Assembly: GCF_963921235.1 (NCBI RefSeq)
Contig: NC_086097.1
Coordinates: 34,040,001-34,104,000 of the forward strand
Reading direction: 5' to 3'
DNA: 64,000 nucleotides
Source: Mobula hypostoma
Taxonomy: Eukaryota
The position numbers and the translations under genes are program-made. The notes beneath the pieces are model-generated. The model was not told the DNA's origin. It made no database searches and saw nothing but the letters and a program-made list of their open reading frames with translations. Every line of letters starts with the position of its first letter. The first letter of the stretch is position 1. Of this stretch, positions 13,571 to 25,119 are shown piece by piece.

Positions 13571-14102
13571 TTGGTTGTCTGTCAATTTTAATGATGACAA
13601 GTGGAACCTATGTGGGTAAGCTTTTAAGAAAGCTGTTGCACTGGGGAAGTTCCACTCTCTTAACCTCAGGAACCCTATTCCAGTAGTATGAGTGATCGTC
13701 ACAACCGGAGACCTTGATTGCAGTGGATGGCCATGACGTCTTCTGTGCCTCGCCATGCCCTTTGCTCTCCACAGAGCGTTGTAGAACCGCCTCCCTGGCC
13801 GTTGGATCTCCCTGGTGATCTCATCCGCCCAGTCCGCCAGAACTGACTTCACAAGGCAGGGTAGGCATATCCCTATCTCACCATCATCTGAGGCAAACCG
13901 GCTACCCTCACCTGGCTTAGACTGCCTGTCAAAGCAGTGTAATGGGGTGTGGCCACTGTCACATGCAAATAGCTAATTGGAGCCACAAGTAGGAGCTGAA
14001 TGTCAGGTGAGGACCAAAGGTGGATGAGTTGTCCCGGGGTGGGGTGGGGAATGCGACAAGCCCTTTCACCAGAACGCTACCTGTCCCTGGGCACCCCATA
14101 CG
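13570..14102 (-). mobile_element. RTE-derived non-autonomous element inserted in CR1
   Basis: GC-richer block resembling an RTE 5' region, flanked by agttat on both sides and interrupting a CR1 reading frame. Confidence 0.5.
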
Positions 14103-16109
14103 TTTGAGTTATAGGGAAAGGTTAGAATGTTTATTTGTCTCATTGTTGTCAACCTCCCAACATGACAGCACTTCAGGGCGTACAGAGCGCTTTCTTCTTA
14201 TATTATTTTTCTTTAATGAAAAAGGCCTAAACTTTGGTCTCTCATATTCAACAGGAAGGCAGACTTGGAATGACTGGTGGTTCATACACTAATGTGGCCA
14301 CGGGTAGAAGTAGCATTGAAGGTGATGAGAATGAATGCTGTATGAGCTGACTTGCATAAGACCATCAGACCATAAGATGTAGGAGCATATATAGGATAAA
14401 ACATTACATAGAATAAAAGTATTGATGGTGACGAGAATGAGGACTCTATGACTTGACTTGCAAAAGGTGCGTCTGCTGATGGCATCTCTGTGTAGGCAAG
14501 GGATATGTTGTTAATAGGCCTGTTTTTCCATTGGCACGGCTTGATAGTAGCTACATATTATACAATTTCAATATAACATCCCCTCGACTATACTCAGATC
14601 CCTGATTTATGCAGGATTCCACACAGAGCAAAAAAGGCCTGGAATTTTCCCACTGCTCACTTGCCAACTAAATCAATTCTGAAGTTGTACAGATCTGCTG
14701 GAGAGAATTTCCTGAATGAAATCGGCTTGCAAAGTACAGGATCTCTGAGTGTAAATCCAAGGAAACACTGACAGCTGATTAAAGCAACACCCCTAGGCTG
14801 AAACAGCTGTTAATGCTGTTAAACAGCTTTCTTCACAAACTTTCAAAGTATAATAAAAATAAAACTTGCTCTAAAGACGTAGACAGAAGAAAACAATAAA
14901 ATAAATAAATTTATATTGCAAATGATCTGAAACTTGTTTTATACCTTCAGACTTATTCCTCTCTACAGAAATAAATGCAACCGCTGAACAAACCCTAGTT
15001 TGGAGCTGTTTCCCCAGTGTAGTTACTGGGGAAATTGCAGGTTGTCTTTGTCCCACAAATGGGTTCCAGGAATTATCCAATGTCAGATTTGCTTTGAGGA
15101 AGTTCTTGGACTTTTGTGTGGGGTAACCTGAACTTCCCAGAATAATGGGCAGAAATGGCAGCAATCCCTCCAAAGTAAAATATAAATATATTTAGTTCTG
15201 AAAAGTAATGATTAATTATAAATGAAACCAGTTTGTTGGTTACGTTCTGGAATGTGCTAATGGGCCGTTTAGCTCAGGAGTTAATTACAGTTTTCTGGAT
15301 TGGTCCCATCAAGCCACTCAAATGCTAACAGATCTCATAGGCACATGCAGTAGAAACAGCCTATAAAGCACGGTTTGTGTTTTATCCTTATGCTCTGATT
15401 TCTGACAACAGATGAAATCAAAGCAAAAAGAACTATATGTCCTTGAACTTGACACTGACCTCTAAAAACATGACAAAACCAATGTCTTGCAGCTCAGTAT
15501 AAATTACATTTACAGCTCCATGTGTGTTTCAAAAGTCAAACAAAGTGATATTTCCAGCCAACGGGGTGAACTGACATTCCAGGGGTAGTTGATCAAGGTT
15601 TGGGTGAGGACAAAGTCAAGGCTAAGCACAAGTTTTGAGTCTTAGCAGCAGAGGTTCCCAGGCAATCTCCTAACTAAAACAGATATCTAAGGAAATATGC
15701 TGCAGAGGGGTTTAAGAAGGAAAGGACATAGCCAGCTCCAGTACTCCTAAAAGATCTGGAAAGTGGATTCTGTTTAAAAGACATTGGGCTGAGGAAGGAA
15801 TGAGGAGTCACAATATGTGAGTCTAAGAGAAAATCCTACAATAGTAATTTAAAGATTAGCCTTTAGATAGAAGGAAATGGCATCAGTAAAAGCATTCATG
15901 AAGCTATTCTGCTGCAGGAATCTGAAGGCAGTTTTGATGGTTATGAGAAATGTTAATGGTCATCTGATTCAGAAGGGATTTTTGTTATGAGAGCACCACC
16001 GCATAAACAAACTTATCGACAACATAGCCTTTCCCTACACAAAGTTGCACCTTTTGTGTAAGTCAGCTCGTATAGCTCTCATTTTTGTCAATATCAATGC
16101 TACCTCCAC

Positions 16110-16660
16110 TGAGGCCTGCCAGTCAGGGTTGACTATGGATGATGCGATCTAGCTGTCTAGATAGCAAGCCTAGGCAGGCAGTATAATATGGAGAGCAAGC
16201 TGTCGCCCATGTAGCAAGCTCCCCTTCTCCAGGCATCTGATGAGCCCAAAGCAACAGCAGAGACCAATACAGTTTGGTACCAGCAGAGTCGCAGGAGTTG
16301 CCAGTTGGTGTTGAACTCAACGTAGGACTGCCTTAGGGACTCCTTTTTCCCTCAAGCCTTCCCCATGAGGGGATATAGCCGCAAGGCAGGGGAGGTTTGA
16401 GATCACAGTTTTCCTTCTCCAAGATGAGCTGTCAACCATGGCTGATGATCCCCATTTGCCCGAATCAACTGGTTTTAAGGCACCAGTAACCCACCTTTGT
16501 CCCTTCTCCTATCAATAGAAACAATTCTGCTGGGCTTAGTAGCAAAGCCACACGTGAAAGCCAGATGGTGGACTTGGCCGCCAGAGGCTATTTGAGGCAC
16601 ACACCACTGGGAGCATGTCCTCATTACCACCCACTGCTATAACAATCTTCAGGAACCTCA
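16110..16660 (-). mobile_element. RTE-derived non-autonomous element
   Basis: Contains gttttccttctccaagatgagctg and aagccttccccatgag, resembling an RTE 5' UTR, plus a block homologous to the SINE at 11640. Confidence 0.55.
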
Positions 16661-17069
16661 TATGAACCACCAGTTGTTCCAAGTCTGCCTTCCTGCTAAA
16701 TGTGAGAGACCCGAGGTTATGCCTTTTTCCATTAAAGAAACATATAAAAATAAAGCTCTCTGTTTGCCCTGAGATGCAGCCACTTTGGAAGACTTACAAC
16801 AAAGGGGAAAATAAGCAAACAGTTTGTATGCGTGTAAAATTTATGCTTACGAATCTATGCAATATGTAATAATTTCAGAGAGAGAGATTAGCTGTCTCTG
16901 CTGGAGCAAGTGGGGGAAAGGGGGGAGTGACAGCTTTGGGGTTCTAGCATTTTCTCTCATTCACTGCTTGGGTTTTTTCTCCCCTCTGTTTCGAGGATGT
17001 CTGCGGAGAGTAAGAATTCCAGGTTGTACATTGTATACGTTCTCTGATATTAAATGGAACCATTGAACC

Positions 17070-17390
17070 ATTTTATTTGTCACATGCACATTGAAATGTT
17101 TAACCATACAGTGAAATGCGACATTATGCATTGTCGTTTGCGATATACTGGGGACAATCTGAAATTATCGCCACACTTTCATTGCCAATGCAGCATGCCT
17201 CCAACTCAGAAATCCTAACTGCATGTCTTTGGAATGCAAGAGAAAACCGGAGCTCCCAGAGGAACCCACAGAGTCATGGGGAGAACATACAAACTTATTA
17301 CAGACAGTTGTAGGAGTTGAATTCCCATCAGCCGATCACTGGCACCGTGAAGGGATTGCACTGTTACGCCAACATGCCATCCTCACAGGA
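17070..17390 (-). mobile_element. V-SINE (HE1-like)
   Basis: gcatgtctttggaatg...aaaccggagctcccagaggaacccacagagtcatggggagaacatacaaact is the reverse of a V-domain. Confidence 0.7.
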
Positions 17391-18265
17391 AAGCTGGCGG
17401 TATAAATAAGAACATGTATGCACACCCTAAAAGCACTTAAGCACAAAGAAGGCTAAAGGGTATATGAGCACACGCTCAATGGAGTGCAGTCTCGGAAACG
17501 TGAATTGCCTGTCCTGCTGATGCCTCGCCCACAAGTGCCTCGAATAATCACTCACAATTCCTCAATTTTATGGTTTTAGTACACAGCTGGTGAGAGCCTC
17601 AGAAAACCAGCAATGTTATGGATACAGGGTTTTGTTTGTCACCTGAGATATCACAAACGACTGTAAACTGATCACTTTCTCTGGTAACACAAGGATTATA
17701 GAGTCATAGAACACTACAGCACAGAAACAGGCCCTTCAGTCCATCTAGTCTGTGCCGAACCGTTAATATGCCTAGTCCCACTGACCTGTACCTGGACCAC
17801 AGCCCTCCATACCCCTCACATCCACAAACGTAACCAAATTTCTCTTAAATATTGAAATCAAACCTATATCCACCGTTTGCACTGGTAGCTTGTTCCACAC
17901 TCTCACCGCACTCTGAGTGAAGATGTTCCCACTTATGTTCCTCTTAAACATTTCACCATTCACCCTTAACCCATGACCTTCAGTTGTAGTCTCACCCAAC
18001 CTCAGATGAAAAGGCCAACTTGCATTTATCCCCATACCCCTAAGCTCCAGGTATTAAAGTCCTAACTTATTCAACCTTTCCCTATAACTGAAGTCCTCAG
18101 GCCTTCAAACCCCGGCAACATCCCTGTAAATTTTCTCTGCACTCTTTCAATCTTATTGACATCTTTCCTGCAGGTAGATGATCAAAACTTCACACCATAC
18201 TCCAAATCAGGCCTCACCAATGTCTTATACAACTTCCACATAACTTCCCAAAGCCCGTACTCAAT

Positions 18266-18413
18266 CACGAGGAAATCTGCAGATGCTGGAATTTCAAGCA
18301 ACACACATCAAAGTGGCTGGTGAACGCAGCAGGCCAGGCAGCATCTCTAGGAAGAGGTACAGTCGACGTTTGGGGCCGAGACCCTTCGTCAGGACTAACT
18401 GAAGAAGTGCTAG
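18266..18413 (-). mobile_element. Penelope-like pseudo-LTR with hammerhead motif (left arm of composite)
   Basis: Minus strand: agtcCTGACGAagggtctcggcccCAAAcgTCgact gtacctcttcctagagatgctgcc...cagcatctgcagatttcctcgtg. Confidence 0.85.
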
Positions 18414-18415
18414 TA

Positions 18416-20458
18416 AAGGCAAATTGAATAGGAATAAGGAACCTTGGTTCTCAAGGGATATTGCAACTCTGATAAAGAAGAAGAGGGAGTTGTATGAAAT
18501 GTATAGGAAACAGGGGGTAAATCAGGTGCTTGAGGGGTATAAGAAGTGCAAGAAAATACTTAAGAAAGAAATCAGGAGGGCAAAAAGAAGACATGAGGTT
18601 GCCTTGGCGGTCAAAGTGAAGGATAATCCAAAGAGCTTTTACAGGTATATTAAGAGCAAAAGGATTGTAAGGGATAAAATTGGTCCTCTTGAAGATCAGA
18701 GTGGTCGGCTTTGTGCGGAACCAAAGGAAATGGGGGAGATCTTAAACAGGTCTTTTGCGTCTGTATTTACTAAGGAAGCTGGCATGAAATCTATGGAACT
18801 GAGGGAATCAAGTAGTGAGACCATGGAAACTGTACAGATTGAAAATGAGGAGGTGCTTGCTGTCTTGAGGAAAATTAAAGTGGATAAATCCCCGGGACCT
18901 GACAGAGTGTTCCCTCAGACCTTGAAGGAGACTAGTGTTGAAATTGCGGGGGCCCTGGCAGAAATATTTAAAATGTCGCTGTCTATGGTTGAAGTGCCGG
19001 AGGATTGGAGAGTGGCTCATGTTGTTCCGTTGTTTAAAAAAGGATCGAAAAGTAATCTGGGAAATTATAGGCCGGTGAGTTTAACGTCAGTAGTAGGTAA
19101 GTTATTGGAGGGAGTACTAAGAGACAGAATCTACAAGCATTTGAATAGACTGGGACTTGTTAGGGAGAGTCAACATGGCTTTGTGCATGGTAGGTCATGT
19201 TTGACCAATCTGTTGGAGTTTTTCGAGGAGGTTACCAGGAAAGTGGATGAAGAGAAGACAGTGGACATTGTCTACATGGACTTCAGTAAGGCCTTTGACA
19301 AGGTCCCGCATGGGAGGTTAGTTAGGAAAATTCAGTCGCTAGGTATACATGGAGAGGTGGTAAATTGGATTAGACATTGGCTCGATGGAAGAAGCCAGAG
19401 AGTGGTGGTAGAGGATTGCTTCTCTGAGTGGAGGCCTGTGACTAGTGGTGTGCCACAGGGATCAGTGCTGGGTCCATTGTTATTTGTCATCTACATCAAC
19501 GATCTGGATGATAATGTGGTAAATTGGATCAGCAAGTTTGCTGATGATACAAAGATTGGAGGTGTAGTAGACAGTGAGGAAGGTTTTCAGAGCCTGCAGA
19601 GGGACTTGGACCAGATGGAAAAATGGGCTGAAAAATGGCAGATGGAGTTTAATACTGACAAGTGTGAGGTATTGCACGTTGGAAGGACAAACCAACGTAG
19701 AACATACAGGGTTAATGGTAAGGCACTGAGGAGTGCAGTGGAACAGTGGGATCTGGGAATACAGATACAAAATTCCCTAAAAGTGTCACACAGGTAGATA
19801 GGGTCGTAAAGAGAGCTTTTGGTACATTGGCCTTTATTAATCAAAGTATTGAGTATAAGAGCTGGAATGTTATGATGAGGTTGTATAAGGCATTGGTGAG
19901 GCCGAATCTGGAGTATTGTGTTCAGTTTTGGTCACCAAATTACAGGAAGGATATAAATAAGGTTGAAAGAGTGCAGAGAAGGTTTACAAGGATGTTGCCG
20001 GGACTAAGAAACTCAGTTACAGAGAAAGGTTGAATAGGTTAGGACTTAATTCCCTGGAGCGTAGAAGAATGAGGTGAGATTTGATAGGGGTATATAAAAT
20101 TATGATGGGTATAGATAGAGTGAATGCAAGCAGGCTTTTTCCACTGAGGCAAGGGGAGAAAAAAACTAGAGGACATGGGTTAAGGGTGAGGGGGGAAAAG
20201 TTTAAAGGGAACATTAGAGGGGGCTTCTTCACACAGAGAGTGGTGGGAGTATGGAATGAGCTGCCAGACGAGGTGGTAAATGCGGGTTCTTTTTTAACAT
20301 TTAAGAATAAATTGGACAGATACATGGATGGGAGGTGTATGGAGGGATATGGTCCGTGTGCAGGTCAGTGGGACTAGGCAGAAAATGGTTCGGCACAGCC
20401 AAGAAGGGCCAAAGGGCCTGTTTTTGTGCTGTAGTTTCTATGGTTCTATGGTTCTATG
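18416..20458 (+). mobile_element. Relatively young 5'-truncated CR1 with 457 open codons of ORF2 RT
   Basis: ORF 18424-19797 has KSPGPD, GNYRPVSLTS, SGVPQGSVLGPLLF and YINDLD..KFADDTK. Frameshifts follow, then an octamer tail (ttctatgg)n ending near 20458. Confidence 0.95.
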
Positions 20459-20518
20459 TACTCTTCCTAGAGATGCTGCCTGGCCTGCTGCGTTCACCAT
20501 CAACTTTTATGTGTGTTG
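20459..20518 (+). mobile_element. Penelope-like pseudo-LTR fragment (right arm, inverted relative to 18266-18413)
   Basis: ctcttcctagagatgctgcctggcctgctgcgttcacca...tgtgtgttg is the reverse complement of about 18299-18357. Confidence 0.85.
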
Positions 20519-22859
20519 TCTGTACTCAATACTTTGATATATGATGGCCAATGTGCCAAAAGCTTTCTTTACAACCTTACCTACCTGTGACACCACTCTC
20601 AAGGAATTATACTTCTGTATACACTGATCTCTCTGTTCTACTGCACTCCTCAATGCCCTGCTACTCACAGTGTAAGTCCTACAGAGCTCTGTCCTCCCAA
20701 AGTGCAACACTTCACACTTGTCTGCATTAAATTCCATCTGCTATTTTTCAGTGCATTTCCCAGCTGGTCCATATCCTGCTGCAAATTATGATAATTTTCC
20801 TTCCTGTCCACTAGGCCCCCAATCTTGGTGTCATCTGCAAATTTACTGATCCAGATTGCCACATCTACCTTCATCTTGAATGCTAGGCGACTGAACCTTC
20901 TTGACCAACCTCCCATGAGGGACTCTGTTCAAAGGCCTTGGTAAAGTCCATGCCTTGCCTTTATTGACTTTTCTGGTAACTTCCTCAAAAAACTCTATAA
21001 GATTGGTTAGACACGACCTACAATGCACAAAGCCATCCTTGTGCTCTTAATCAGTCCCCATCTATCCAAGTACTTATATTTCCGCTCCCTTAAAATAGTT
21101 TCCAATAACTTAGCCACTACGAATGTCAGGCTCACTGGTTTATAATTTCCTGGCTTATTCATAGAGCCTTTTTTAAGCAATAGGACAACATTAGCCATCC
21201 TCTAATCCTCCAGCACCTCTCTCGTGACTAAAGACATTTTAAATATCTCAGCTAGGGCCCCTGCAATTTCTTCATTAGCCTCCTATAGGGTCCAAGGGAA
21301 CATCTTGTCAGACTTTGGGCATTTGTTCCAACTAATTTGCCACAAGACAGTGAAAACCTCCTCCTTTATAATCTGTATTGGGTCCATGACCCCACTGCTG
21401 CTTTGCCTCACATCTATTGACTCTGTGTCCATTTCCTGAGTAAACACAGATGCAAAAAATACATTTAAGGTTTCTCTATCTCTTTCGGTTCCATGCATAG
21501 ATTATCACTTTGATCTTCCAGAAGACCAATTTTGTCCCTTGTAATCCTTGCACTCTTAATATATCTATAGAAGCCTTATAGTTCTCCTTCTCCTTGTCTG
21601 CTAAGCCTACCTTTTGCCTTCTTTTAGTCCTCCTGATTTCCTTCATAATTGTCCTTTTGCAATTCTTATACTCTTCAAGTACCTCATTTGCTCCTGCCGG
21701 CCTATACCCGCTCTGCACCTCCTTCCTTTTCTTAACCATGGCCTAAATATCTCTTGAAAGCCAAGGTGCCCTATTATCCTTGCCTTTTCTTCTGACAGGA
21801 ACATACAAACTCTGTACTCTCAAAATTTCACTTCTGAACGCCTCCCATTTACCAAGTGCACCTTTCCCAGAAAATAACCTGTCCCAATCCACACTTGTCA
21901 GATCCTATCTGATACCACGAAAATTGGCCTTTGTCCAATTTAGAATTTCAACCCAAGGACTAGACTCATCCCTCTTCATAATTATCTTGAAACTGATGGC
22001 ATTATGATCACAAGATGCAAGGTATTCCCCGCTACAAATATCTGTCACCTGACCCGTCTCATTCCCTAATAGGAGATCTAGTACCTCTATGTACTGATTA
22101 AGGAAACCTTCTTGAATGCATTTAACAAACTCTTTCCCATCCATCCCTTTCCTGCAATGCTCCTTGCATTGAAATATACATAACTCAGATCACTAGTCCC
22201 ACCTTTCAATTCCTGACTTTGTATGTAGGCTTAACACCATCTTTCTCCACAACTACTCCACTATCTTCCCTGGAGCTCTGTTTCCCATCCCCCTGCAACT
22301 CTAGTTTAAACCACCCCTTCCCCACCACCTTGTGCTGCACTAGCAAACCTTCTCACTAGGATATCAGGGAAGAGAGCCCATGATCTAAAAATCTAAAACC
22401 CTCTCTCCTGCACCATCTCCTTAGACACATGTTAAACTTGTATGATCTTTCTATTTCTGGTCTCACTAGCACACGGCACAGGTAGCAATTTTGAGATCAC
22501 AACACTGGAGGTCCTGTCCTTTAGCTTAGCACCTAACTCCTTGAACTCACTTTGCAGGACCTCATCACCTCTCCTACTCACGTCATTGGTACTGATGTGG
22601 ACCATGGGAAGAATTGTATGAATAGAAATTTTAACAGGTTAGCTACACAGTTAAATAAATGTGCAAATAACTCCACATATTTTAAAAATGTGAAGAGAAC
22701 ATTCAGCAGAGTGAGATTTAGAAAGGAGCTAGATAATGCAGCAGAGCAATTAAAAAATTTAATAGAAACAGGAGTAGGCCCTTTAACCTCCCTCAAGTCT
22801 CTCACTGCTCATTTTTCTTCAATTACCCAATTCAGGTCAGGGCTTTGTGCTCTAGCTCT

Positions 22860-23165
22860 CAGCAGGTTCACGTATGCCAAACAGGTTGAAGGGTAGAGGA
22901 TAATTAAGAGTGGTCCACTGGTCCTCCAGGTTCGGGGTTCAGCTCAGAGCTAACAACCCTGAGTGGTAAAACAAAATTGTTACGGAAAGAGAAATGAAGA
23001 CTCCTTCTACATCTGAGTGTGATGGTATTACTGAGTTTTCACCTGGGGCTTACATGACTGACAGTAGTGAAAACCGAGACGAAGCTACTGGCACAATGAA
23101 AGAGGCTCTGAGCACCAATGGAGGGACTTCATTGCTGCCCTAAATGCTAGCTGTGTAACAGGCAA
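22860..23165 (+). mobile_element. Bipartite RTE-derived short element (5' UTR piece joined to 3' end)
   Basis: ggtcctccaggttcggggttc...ctaacaaccctg...ttgttacggaaa resembles an RTE 5' UTR; ttcattgctgccctaaatgc resembles an RTE 3' end. Confidence 0.6.
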
Positions 23166-23209
23166 AAGACAAGACAATTCCAAAAGAAAATCTGTGTAAT
23201 TTTACTTAC

Positions 23210-23286
23210 CCCTGCTATATGAAGTAATACTCCTCCATGTTGCCTTTCCTTATTGGTAAATAGATCACTTGGAAATTCATGGATAG
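23210..23286 (-). CDS. slc24a4: Internal coding exon of K+-dependent Na+/Ca2+ exchanger NCKX4 (probably equivalent to human exon 3)
   Basis: Minus strand reads ttgttctatttacAG|ct atc cat gaa ttt cca agt gat cta ttt acc aat aag gaa agg caa cat gga gga gta tta ctt cat ata gca ggg|GTaagt. It is 77 nt, phase 1 to phase 0, with canonical splice sites. The peptide (A)IHEFPSDLFTNKERQHGGVLLHIAG matches recalled NCKX4 AIHEFPTDLFSNKERQHGAVLLHILG better than NCKX3 (ALHEFPNDIFTNEDRRQGAVVLHVLC). Flanking exons were not found in the window. Confidence 0.93.
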
Positions 23287-25119
23287 CTGTAAATAGAACA
23301 ACAGGCGTCAAAGAATGTAAAGCATCCTCAGAAATGCTTTTCAAGATATGAAAGAACTATAGGAGATTGCACAAATATTCTAAGGAACATCACAAAAACA
23401 GGACCAATGTTATCACAAGATGTATTTCTGAAATAAACGGGCTGAAGATGAACCATTAACATCTGCTTGGAACAAGCTTCAGTAAATCAAAGCACTAACC
23501 TTTATAAAAGACATACTAGACTTCTGTTGGTTTTTAGAGAAGCTCTCTGTCTATCTGCACTAGGGCTGAGTGCCTTGACTGGAAACACACTCATTTTTGA
23601 TAAAGCAAACTATGTTTCAAATATGCAGTTCGTATTTATATGCACTCCAAACCGACGGTCTACAGTTGTGAATGGTAATTGATGCCACATAAGAGTTTCC
23701 ACTTGTTCTGGGAGTTGGAAATCTGCTGGACAGTTTGAGCACTTGCATTCAGTTTGCAAAATTAAGCAACACTGGCACAGAGGAGACTTACTCTCTGGTG
23801 CAATGATAATAAATTGGAGATTACATTCAATGTCACCAAGGTCAAAGTTGAGTTTACTGTCATATGCCTGATTACACAGGGGCAATGAAAATCTTGCTTG
23901 CAGCAGCGTCACAGGAGCATAGCATCAGATTTGCAACAGTTACGATAAAAACATAAATTAAACAAGTTCTTTAACTTGCAGAATCAAATGAATCTGCAAA
24001 ATCATATTGTGAAGACTAATGTGTACTGCATCTTTGAAAGGATTAAAAGGAATACAAGGACAACTTGGAGGTAACCAAGTTGGTAAAATAAAATAATCAA
24101 ATCAACTGCTAGACTTTTGGAGATAGAAGAGCAAGGAAACAACTGAAAAAATTAGGTCAGAACTTTAAATGCAAGAGTACATGAGGCATCCCAGCAATCC
24201 CTATGGCTAGACACCAATTTGAATACAGCTATTTGTATTATCCAGGATGAATAATTCTTGTCTAATTCTGGCTGAAAACACATCTATGCAGTCAGGATGT
24301 CTTCCCTGAATGACTGTCCAGTTAAATTTTGATGAGTTTGCCTTTGTTGATGTTGCTTTACAAATTGCGATTTTGCAAGGAAGATAGAACTCTCTCCTCT
24401 TGTTGCCAAGGCTTGATCAACTCAAACAACTGTACATTTGGACAAGGTTAAAACAATGAAAGTGGGGTATGGACACTGTTAATTTCAACTCTACTACATA
24501 GCTGGGTGAGTGATACTGACAGTATCTTTACAACTTGATGGGAATCAAGCTGTGAGGTTACAAACCCCAAACCAGGCCTCTTGATCAATATTTCAGAGGG
24601 CAGATTTCATGTAATATGACTTTCATCTGCTTGTATTCTGTGTGAACATAATCAGTGAAATTCCAAGCTGATTACTTGACATGATACTATTTTAATCTGG
24701 CATGCAGTAGAGTCAAGTGGCAAACAATCTGTATTATTTCTCCTCTTTCTAAACTAGAACCACCGAGGTAATTGTTGTGACCATTTACTGATTTGATTGT
24801 GATTACCCAACTGTTATGTTTGTTCTTAATAAAGACAAACTGTGGGTAAAATGCAAGCACATATCTATTGACAGTTAATGGCTTCCAGCTGAACACGATC
24901 CTCTACGAACAGTTCATGGCTTCAGCTCGACCTGAACACGTGCAACCTGCTCCCCAATGTCACTTCTGGTTCCGGGTGAACTGCCCGCATTGCACATTGG
25001 GAACTGAAGTTATTTATTATGTACACACATAATAACACACTGACCAGGCATGAGTTGAGACTTGCCAACATAAATCCATCAATTTTTAAAATGACAAAGA
25101 AGCTATCTGTGTTGTGAAT

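Larger units (their letters stand above)
17696..22605 (-). mobile_element. Older long CR1 (host segments 17696-18265 and 20522-22605) interrupted by a composite insertion
   Basis: Frameshifted ORF2 pieces: LDLLLGNETGQV..CDHNAISF, KPGNYKPVSLT, SCLTNLIEFFEEVT, ISKFADDTKIGG, MEFNADKCEVLHFG. ORF1 remnant at about 22330-22605; tail at about 17700. Confidence 0.88.

Noticed and set aside
14871..15173. 100-aa minus-strand ORF as an exon
   Set aside because: No resemblance to NCKX4 or any family I recognise.
16235..16270. ctgatgagcccaaagc as another hammerhead
   Set aside because: No stem II closure followed by GAAA; it lies within an RTE-derived block.
17400..17435. Minus-strand cttttag followed by AYMFLF as the next slc24a4 exon
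   Set aside because: Wrong phase, and it runs into a V-SINE without the CDDFFVPSL motif.
18424..19797. 457-aa RT ORF as a host gene or a retron/DGR-like system
   Set aside because: Typical CR1 ORF2 fragment: 5'-truncated, frameshifted downstream, with a CR1 tail.
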